DNA of 12,427 nucleotides from assembly GCA_008932965.1 (NCBI GenBank), contig WBXG01000052.1, forward strand, positions 1 through 12,427. The letters run 5' to 3'. Source of the DNA: Verrucomicrobiota bacterium. Its GTDB lineage: Bacteria; Verrucomicrobiota; Verrucomicrobiia; Chthoniobacterales; UBA6821. The translations under genes and the position numbers were made by a program. The notes under the pieces were generated by a model. It saw only the letters and a list, made by a program, of their open reading frames with translations. It made no database searches and was not told the origin of the DNA. This document shows positions 6,402-12,427 of the stretch, in pieces (within the stretch, counting starts at the first letter, position 1; the number at the start of each line of letters is the position of its first letter).

Positions 6402-8939
6402 ATGTTAAATAATTTTACCCCACGAGCTCAAGAAGTCCTCATGCTTGCTCGCAAAGAGGCGCAAGAGCTGCATCATGATTATATTGGCACAGAGCATCTT
6501 CTCTTAGGACTCATCCAGTTAGGTCAAGGTGTTGCGGTCAATGTCCTGCAGAAAATGGGGCTTAATTTAGAAACAGTGCGTCAAGAAGTTAAGAAGTTAG
6601 TAGGCAAGGAAGGGATAAGTGCTAAACCTACAGGGAACATCCCCTACACCCCACGCGTTAAAAAAGTAATTGCTCTTGCCGGCAAGGAAGCAAAAGCCCT
6701 GCAACATAGTTATGTAGGAACAGAACATCTCCTGCTCGGCTTGTTGCGTGAAGGAGAAGGAATTGCCTCACGTGTATTGCAGCAACTCGAAGTTGATATT
6801 GAACAGACACGTAATGATATTCTTAAAGAATTAGATCCGCATTTTATCCCTGGTGAGAGTGATGATGATGGAGAGGTCATGCATTCAGGAGGGGGCATGG
6901 ATTCTCCTAAAGCTACGAAGATGCCCGCTCTGAAAGCCTTTGGACGTGATCTCACCGAGTCAGCCAAAAAAGGAGAGCTGGATCCCGTGATCGGTCGTGC
7001 TGATGAAATTGCTCGTGTGATTCAAATCCTCTGCCGTCGTGGAAAAAATAATCCTGTGCTTATTGGAGAAGCTGGAGTAGGCAAAACAGCCATTGCAGAA
7101 GGTCTTGCTCAAGAAATTGCCCAAGGAAACGTTCCTGATATTCTTGCCTCAAAACGTATCGTCACACTCGATCTGGCGTTAATGGTTGCTGGAACTAAAT
7201 ACCGAGGCCAATTTGAAGAGCGTATTAAAATGGTGATGGATGAAATCCGTCGAAGCAAAAATATCATTCTTTTTATCGACGAAATGCACACCATTGTAGG
7301 GGCTGGCTCTGCTGAGGGAGCCATGGATGCTTCGAATATCATAAAACCAGCACTGGGTCGTGGAGAGCTTCAATGTATTGGAGCTACAACCCTAAACGAA
7401 TATCGTAAATACATCGAAAAGGATACAGCCTTAGAGCGCCGTTTTCAGACGGTCAAAGTAGAAGAGCCATCCGTTGAGGAGGCTATTCTTATTTTAAAAG
7501 GCCTGCGTGCCAAATATGAAGCTCATCACAAAGCCTTATACACGGATAGTGCCCTTGAAAAAGCAGTGAAACTTTCGGAGCGTTACATTACCGCACGCTT
7601 CCTTCCTGACAAAGCGATTGATGTCATGGATGAAGCAGGATCCCGTGCTCGTATTGCGGGACTCGTTCCACCTCCTTCGGTCTCAGACATGGAATCCACC
7701 ATTAACAATCTGCGTATTGCTAAAGAAGAGGCAATCAAGCTGCAAGATTTTGAGAAAGCGGCATCGTTACGAGATTCCGAAAAGTCTGCAAAAGAAAAGC
7801 TAGAGGCGGTTTTATCAACATGGCGTCAACAACGTCAGGAAAAGCAAGTTCATGTTACCGATGAGGAGATCATGCATGTCATTGCAAAAATGACTGGTGT
7901 TCCCTTGCAGCGCATGGAAAATCAAGAAAGAGAAAAACTCCTTGCTATGGAGGAAGAGATCAAGGCTAAAGTTATCGGTCAGGATGAGGCTGTTAGCACC
8001 ATCAGTAAAGCTTTGCGTCGCTCTCGTGCTGATTTAAAAGATCCTGCACGACCCATCGGTTCATTTATTTTTCTAGGGCCTACGGGAGTTGGAAAAACAT
8101 TCCTCGCACGTACGTTAGCAGAATTTATGTTTGGAGATGCAGAAGCTCTCATCCAGATCGATATGTCCGAGTACATGGAAAAATTTACCTCCTCTCGCAT
8201 GATCGGTTCTCCTCCTGGTTATGTGGGTCACGATGAGGGAGGTCAGCTTTCAGAAGCAGTCCGTCGGCGTCCCTATTCTGTAGTCTTATTTGATGAAATC
8301 GAGAAAGCACATCCCGATATCATGCACCTCATGCTACAAATTTTAGAGGAGGGAAAAATTACCGACAGTCTTGGTCGTAAAGTCGATTTTAGAAATACGA
8401 TTATCATAATGACCTCTAACGTCGGTGCTGACTTGATCAAGAAGCAAAACACCCTAGGCTTTGGAGCTCCTTCACTAAATGGGAATCATGAAGCCATGCG
8501 CGAAAAAATCATGGAAGAGACAAAAAAGGTCTTTAAACCAGAATTCCTAAATCGCTTGGATGATATTGTTGTTTTTCAAACACTCGAAAAGCCAATACTT
8601 TCTAAAATCATCAACCTCGAAGTTGCTAAAGTCATCGAACGGATTAAAGCAAAAGAAGTTCATGTAACTCTCGATCAAAAAGCTCATGAGTTCTTAATCG
8701 AAAAAGGATATGACACAACGTATGGTGCACGTCCGATGCGTCGTGCTGTCGAGCGCTATTTAGAGAATCCTATGGCTGAAGAACTCCTTAAAGGAACTAT
8801 CAAGGAGGGCGACCATGTCAAAGTGACAAAGCAGAAAATAAAGAGTACCCAAAAGAATAGGAATAGCCAAGAGATGGAGAAAGAAGAAAAACTCACTTTT
8901 AAAGTAGTAAAGGGTTCCGCTACAAAGCAGCTAGTGTAA
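6402..8939 (+). CDS. clpC: ATP-dependent Clp protease ATP-binding subunit ClpC (class I AAA+)
   Basis: Duplicated Clp_N repeats (GTEHLLLGL twice). Two Walker A motifs (GEAGVGKT, GPTGVGKT). A UVR-like middle domain (IKLQDFEKAASLRDSEKSAKEKLE). Conserved GARPMRR near the C-terminus. Confidence 0.95.
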   Translation: MLNNFTPRAQEVLMLARKEAQELHHDYIGTEHLLLGLIQLGQGVAVNVLQKMGLNLETVRQEVKKLVGKEGISAKPTGNIPYTPRVKKVIALAGKEAKALQHSYVGTEHLLLGLLREGEGIASRVLQQLEVDIEQTRNDILKELDPHFIPGESDDDGEVMHSGGGMDSPKATKMPALKAFGRDLTESAKKGELDPVIGRADEIARVIQILCRRGKNNPVLIGEAGVGKTAIAEGLAQEIAQGNVPDILASKRIVTLDLALMVAGTKYRGQFEERIKMVMDEIRRSKNIILFIDEMHTIVGAGSAEGAMDASNIIKPALGRGELQCIGATTLNEYRKYIEKDTALERRFQTVKVEEPSVEEAILILKGLRAKYEAHHKALYTDSALEKAVKLSERYITARFLPDKAIDVMDEAGSRARIAGLVPPPSVSDMESTINNLRIAKEEAIKLQDFEKAASLRDSEKSAKEKLEAVLSTWRQQRQEKQVHVTDEEIMHVIAKMTGVPLQRMENQEREKLLAMEEEIKAKVIGQDEAVSTISKALRRSRADLKDPARPIGSFIFLGPTGVGKTFLARTLAEFMFGDAEALIQIDMSEYMEKFTSSRMIGSPPGYVGHDEGGQLSEAVRRRPYSVVLFDEIEKAHPDIMHLMLQILEEGKITDSLGRKVDFRNTIIIMTSNVGADLIKKQNTLGFGAPSLNGNHEAMREKIMEETKKVFKPEFLNRLDDIVVFQTLEKPILSKIINLEVAKVIERIKAKEVHVTLDQKAHEFLIEKGYDTTYGARPMRRAVERYLENPMAEELLKGTIKEGDHVKVTKQKIKSTQKNRNSQEMEKEEKLTFKVVKGSATKQLV

Positions 8940-9022
8940 AAAAGTCGAATATGGCTATTTTATCTGATAGCAGAATCAACTAAAAAAGAGTGCTTTGAGA
9001 ACAATGGCTTCAGGCAACAATT

Positions 9023-9041
9023 AGGGCATTATCCCTTTTTT
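9023..9041 (+). terminator. Weak candidate intrinsic terminator after clpC
   Basis: AGGG-cattat-CCCT followed by a T run (9036-9041). The stem is only 4 bp, so support is weak. Confidence 0.3.
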
Positions 9042-9054
9042 AGTTTGATTGATT

Positions 9055-9241
9055 TTAGCCCTGATATTTCATATCAATCACCTGCGGAGGTCGGGAAGTC
9101 AGATGGATGCTGCAGCCCAAGCTTGAAGTCTTCATCGGGCAATAGGGACTCATACAGCCGTTGTCAGAATACGTGTCTGACGCAGTATCCATCAGGTGTT
9201 CGCAAAGCCGCATCAGAATCGGTATGAAATATGCGGGTTAG
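9055..9241. mobile_element. Second full-length MITE-like element, about 181 bp between flanking TA dinucleotides, built as an imperfect long palindrome
   Basis: Left end is TA|GCCCTGATATTTCAT (9056-9072); right end is ATGAAATATGCGGGT|TA (9224-9240). The reverse complement of the left arm aligns with the long arms at 4330-4401 and 2696-2768 and with its own right arm. Confidence 0.65.
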
Positions 9242-9287
9242 CCTTCGCTGCTCCCTCATCACGATCAGCATGAAACATGCGGGTAAA
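9241..9287 (+). repeat. Extra 44-bp short-arm module of the same repeat family, directly abutting the previous element
   Basis: gccttcgctgctccctcatcacgatcagcatgaaacatgcgggt matches the reverse complement of 4226-4269 at 34/44 positions (hand count). It is followed by AA rather than TA. Confidence 0.6.
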
Positions 9288-9316
9288 AAAGGAGAAGAAG
9301 GATTGTCCAACGGATA

Positions 9317-9340
9317 AGTTTCATTCATATTTATGAAACT
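9317..9340. promoter_or_regulatory. 8-bp inverted repeat AGTTTCAT-N8-ATGAAACT immediately upstream of the Lrp/AsnC gene start; candidate autoregulatory site or repeat-derived sequence
   Basis: The inverted repeat is perfect when read directly and ends 1 nt before the ATG at 9341. It shares TTCATTCATATTT with the mcsA upstream region. Confidence 0.3.
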
Positions 9341-9820
9341 ATGGATGCATTACTTGAATTGTTACAGAAAGATGATCGTACTTCTCCTGCTGAGTTGGCA
9401 GCCCAACTTGGGCTTTCGGAAAAAGAAGTAGTAGAGAAAATTCGCCACTGGGAAGCCAATGGAACCATTTTAGCATATCAGGCCGTGATCAATAGGGACT
9501 CTGTTGATTCCGATAATGTAACCGCAGCAATTGAAGTGAGAATTACTCCTGAGCGCGAAGGTGGCTTTGACCGCACTGCAAGTCGTATTGCACGTTTTGA
9601 AGAAGTTGAAAATGTTTACCTCATGAGTGGAGGTTATGATCTCTTGGTGATGGTGGAAGGCAAATCACTTCGTGATGTAGCCTCGTTTGTAGCCCATAAA
9701 TTGAGTACTATTGAAGCAGTACAATCGTGCTCGACTCGCTTTCGTCTCAAAACCTACAAGGAGAACGGTGTCTTTTATCAACAAGAAGAAGTTCAAGAAC
9801 GGCTTTCAGTAGCTCCCTAG
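9341..9820 (+). CDS. Lrp/AsnC-family transcriptional regulator
   Basis: N-terminal HTH (LLELLQKDDRTSPAELAAQLGLSEKEVVEKIRHWEANGTI) followed by an RAM/AsnC_trans_reg-type C-terminal domain (VYLMSGGYDLLVMVEGKSL). The ~159-aa size is typical of the family. Confidence 0.85.
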   Translation: MDALLELLQKDDRTSPAELAAQLGLSEKEVVEKIRHWEANGTILAYQAVINRDSVDSDNVTAAIEVRITPEREGGFDRTASRIARFEEVENVYLMSGGYDLLVMVEGKSLRDVASFVAHKLSTIEAVQSCSTRFRLKTYKENGVFYQQEEVQERLSVAP

Positions 9821-9825
9821 TGACG

Positions 9826-9924
9826 CTAGAAAAGAATGATGAGGTGCAGATGATCATGAAAGAGTGCCAGCCAGCTTGAATATTGCATCCCTCATGACAC
9901 TTCAGTATGAAATATTCGAGCTAG
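9826..9924. repeat. Degenerate short copy of the repeat family between the AsnC gene and the aminotransferase gene
   Basis: The right end ccctcatgacacttcagtATGAAATATTCGAGC|TA resembles 9254-9286. The left part atgatgaggtgcag is the inverted counterpart of ctgctccctcatcac. GATGATCATGAA also occurs as GATGATCATGGA at 4466-4477. Confidence 0.5.
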
Positions 9925-9943
9925 ATCACCCAATGTTTACTTC

Positions 9944-11110
9944 ATGAATCCACGTATCTCCACGGTTGTTCAACAGATTCCAAAATCAGGTATTCGGGAT
10001 TTTTTTGAAATTGTCCAATCGATGGGAGATGTGATTTCGCTCGGTATTGGGGAGCCTGATTTTGTAACTCCATGGCATATTCGCGAGGCTGCTATTTATG
10101 CCCTTGAAAAAGGCAAAACATCCTATACCTCCAACCTAGGACTACCCCGTTTAAGAAGTACTATTGCTACCTACATCGAAAAAAAGCTTGACGTTTCCTA
10201 CAGTCCGAAAAATGAAATCTTGGTGAGCGTTGGAGTCTCTGAGGGGATCGATCTCGCCCTGCGGGCTATCTTGAATCCTGGGGATGAAGTCCTCTTCCAT
10301 GAACCGTGCTATGTCTCCTATGGTCCTACGATCACCCTTGCAGGTGGCGTTCCCAAGCCATTGAGTACACGGATGGAAGATGATTTCGTGCTATTTGCTG
10401 CTGATATTGAAAAAGCAATTACGCCTCGCACAAAAGTTTTGATGCTCAATTTTCCTACGAATCCTACTGGAGCGCTCATGCCGTACGAAGAGCTAACGAA
10501 GATTGCTGAGCTCTGTGTCAAGCATGATCTATTAGTCGTGACTGATGAAATTTACAGCGAGCTGACCTATGATGATGTGCATCATCATTCGATCGCAGCT
10601 ATTTCAAAGATGAAGGAAAGAACAATTTTGCTTCACGGAGTTTCCAAAGCTTTTGCAATGACAGGATGGCGTCTGGGCTTCGCCTGTGGGCCATCAGATA
10701 TTATTGAAGCCATGATGAAGATTCATCAATACTCCATTCTCTGCGCTCCGATTATGAGCCAAGAAGCGGCAATTGAAGCGCTAGAATCGGGAGCTCCTAG
10801 TCTACTTAAAATGCATCATGAATATGCACAACGACGCAATTTTGTAGCTGCTGCCTGTCGCGAATTAGAGCTTCCATTTTCATTTCCTCGGGGAGCATTT
10901 TATATCTTTCCAAACATAGCAAAAACAGGACTTAGTAGTAAGGATTTCGCGCTTCAATTACTCCAAGAGAAAAAAGTAGCTGTAGTTCCAGGAACAGCAT
11001 TTGGAGCAGCTGGTGAAGGATTTGTTCGTTGTAGTTTTGCTACAAGTAGAGTGAAACTCAAAACTGCTTTTGAGAAAATAGCACTCTTCATCCAAGAGAA
11101 AAAAAAGTGA
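9944..11110 (+). CDS. Pyridoxal-phosphate-dependent aminotransferase, class I (AspC/AlaT-like)
   Basis: PLP-lysine block HGVSKAFAMTGWRLGF. Conserved NFPTNPTG and DEIYSELTYD motifs. The 388-aa length is typical. Confidence 0.9.
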   Translation: MNPRISTVVQQIPKSGIRDFFEIVQSMGDVISLGIGEPDFVTPWHIREAAIYALEKGKTSYTSNLGLPRLRSTIATYIEKKLDVSYSPKNEILVSVGVSEGIDLALRAILNPGDEVLFHEPCYVSYGPTITLAGGVPKPLSTRMEDDFVLFAADIEKAITPRTKVLMLNFPTNPTGALMPYEELTKIAELCVKHDLLVVTDEIYSELTYDDVHHHSIAAISKMKERTILLHGVSKAFAMTGWRLGFACGPSDIIEAMMKIHQYSILCAPIMSQEAAIEALESGAPSLLKMHHEYAQRRNFVAAACRELELPFSFPRGAFYIFPNIAKTGLSSKDFALQLLQEKKVAVVPGTAFGAAGEGFVRCSFATSRVKLKTAFEKIALFIQEKKK

Positions 11111-11227
11111 TTCTATTCTACGATCTCCAAGTACGTGGGCATACATGAGAGCTTGTTCATAAAAGATCTCAACACCTGGGTTCTGCAGAGTGTGTTTTAA
11201 AAAAACAATTGCAGTCCTATTCAAATC

Positions 11228-11911
11228 TTGATTCATAGAGGGATGAATTTTTTACACTGGTTTCAAGATAACTTTATTCACCTCGATCAAAGCCTCGCTC
11301 ATCTAATTTTCCTTTATGGGCCGTGGATTTACGGAATTTTATTTGTCATTGTTTTTTGCGAAACAGGATTAGTGATTACTCCGTTCCTGCCTGGTGATGC
11401 TCTACTCTTTGCGGTAGGCGCCTATGCGGCTGCAAAGCCAGAAGGAGGCATTCGCTATAGCTACGCATTGATTCTTCTCATCCTTGCCGCCCTTCTTGGA
11501 AATATGGTGAATTTCCAATTCGGAAAACTCCTAGGGGGGTCCATCTTTAAAGAAAAGGGACTCATTCTCAAAAAAGAATACCTAAATCGAGCGCATCTTT
11601 TTTTTACAAAATATGGAGCTAAGGCGCTGGTCCTAGCCCGCTTTTTGCCCATCTTCAGGACGCTTGTTCCCTTTGTAGCTGGAATGGTGAAGATGCCACG
11701 GCGAACATTTTTTTTCTATAGTGCGCTAGGAAGCTTTCTTTGGGTTCTCCTAATGATGACCGCTGGGTTGCTTTTTGGTCGTGTGGAGTGGGTGCAGAAG
11801 CATTTTGAAACAGTCGTCATCGCTATAATTCTTGTTTCATTGTTGCCTGTAATTTATGAGGCCGCATCCCATTATTACGTGATACAGCGTCAAAAAAAAC
11901 AAAACCAATAA
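11228..11911 (+). CDS. DedA-family (VTT/SNARE-associated domain) inner membrane protein; start may be the ATG at 11243
   Basis: Contains the DedA signature FCETGLVITPFLPGDALLF, plus GAKALVLARFLPIFRTLVPFVAG. Multiple hydrophobic spans are present. Confidence 0.85.
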   Translation: MIHRGMNFLHWFQDNFIHLDQSLAHLIFLYGPWIYGILFVIVFCETGLVITPFLPGDALLFAVGAYAAAKPEGGIRYSYALILLILAALLGNMVNFQFGKLLGGSIFKEKGLILKKEYLNRAHLFFTKYGAKALVLARFLPIFRTLVPFVAGMVKMPRRTFFFYSALGSFLWVLLMMTAGLLFGRVEWVQKHFETVVIAIILVSLLPVIYEAASHYYVIQRQKKQNQ

Positions 11912-12404
11912 AAATCATCTCCGTGTCAATATTTTTTTTCCAAAAAAAAAGTAAAAAAAGAAAACATTTTATTGACTCCACGCAAGAGTGGTATATCGTA
12001 CTCAACCCCGACAGTGACCTAGGTTACTCGATTTCGGGAATGTTTTTTAACCGGTCTGCGTTTAGGACAATTTTCTGACGTGTTCCAAATTAGGGAAAAT
12101 CAGAATAGTGTTTGCAGATACCGGCATTGATCTTTGATAGCGCTGATCTGATTTTGCATAGCCATTAAAAATCAGATGGATAAATAAAATTTTTCGAAAA
12201 CAATTTTTCGGAAAGTCAGCAATAACAGTATTTTCTAAACTAAAAGCTAACAGAAAATTCTGTTAGTAAATTTACAGATTTAGAAAAAAGCAAAAACTGA
12301 ATTGTGCGTTTTCTGTCGATAGAAATCGAGTTTTAAACGGACCATTAAAATAACACTTGTTTTGCTTTGTCAAAACAAGGGGTTATTTAATAGTGCCTGA
12401 ATTT

Positions 12405-12427
12405 GTTTCCCGCGTTAGCGCGAGGAA
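12405..12427 (+). other. GC-rich stem-loop truncated by the window edge, preceded by ~500 bp of AT-rich non-coding DNA; possibly the first repeat of a CRISPR array (unconfirmed)
   Basis: GTTTCC-CGCG-TTAG-CGCG-A-GGAA folds as TTCC/GGAA plus CGCG/CGCG stems around a 4-nt loop. This layout resembles Cas6e/Cas6f-type repeats. Only one partial unit is visible, so no periodicity can be shown. Confidence 0.2.

Noticed and set aside
6710-8200. Several 61-85-aa ORFs inside or antisense to clpC (6710-6967, 7109-7342, 7179-7373, 7618-7803, 7979-8200), and similar ones inside the dksA-like gene (1609-1791), mcsB (5734-5919), the aminotransferase (10318-10521) and the DedA gene (11461-11652)
   Set aside because: All are nested in or opposite to strongly supported genes and have no motifs of their own.
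10958-11236. 92-aa minus-strand ORF spanning the aminotransferase 3' end and the intergenic region; also the 60-aa minus ORF at 11823-12005
   Set aside because: They overlap the ends of well-supported plus-strand genes and extend into AT-rich spacer. The translations are low-complexity with no recognisable domains.
11923-11950. T8-CC-A9 homopolymer inverted repeat after the DedA gene as an intrinsic terminator
   Set aside because: An all-A/T stem with a 2-nt loop is not a stable terminator hairpin. It is more likely just AT-rich spacer.
12026-12331. 10-mer GAAATCGAGT present in inverted orientation at 12026-12035 and 12322-12331
   Set aside because: A single 10-bp match within a 400-bp AT-rich region is not clearly beyond chance, and the flanks do not extend the match.
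12405-12427. Terminal GC-rich segment as the start of a tRNA or other stable RNA
   Set aside because: It does not fit a tRNA layout: no 7-bp acceptor followed by U8 and a GG-containing D-loop. It matches no start of 16S, tmRNA, RNase P or SRP RNA that I recognise. It is kept only as a possible CRISPR repeat or hairpin.

Overview
The window is mostly housekeeping genes from a moderately AT-rich bacterium, and most starts lack a Shine-Dalgarno sequence. A non-Firmicute, possibly PVC-like, origin is only a guess. Gene order: hisS (-, runs off the 5' edge) | a DksA/TraR-family protein with a long Lys/Pro-rich tail, then rpmG and rpsR (+) | two tandem paralogous 4-TM membrane proteins (-) | mcsA-mcsB-clpC, an Lrp/AsnC regulator, a class I aminotransferase and a DedA-family protein (+) | about 500 bp of AT-rich non-coding DNA ending in a GC-rich stem-loop cut by the window edge. 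The main signal not explained by genes is a mosaic family of TA-flanked inverted-repeat (MITE-like) elements. It has two full copies of about 180 bp and several solo ends or remnants, occupies nearly every long intergenic gap, and no transposase is present. Other items worth a second look: the DksA-like protein has a degenerate CxxS/TxxC finger and an SPKK-rich extension, and it is packed against Cys-poor L33 and S18. The membrane paralogs are old and under purifying selection. The mcsAB-clpC module has no ctsR. The terminal AT-rich region could be a CRISPR leader plus first repeat, which cannot be confirmed here. I see no clear defence island or novel multi-gene system.
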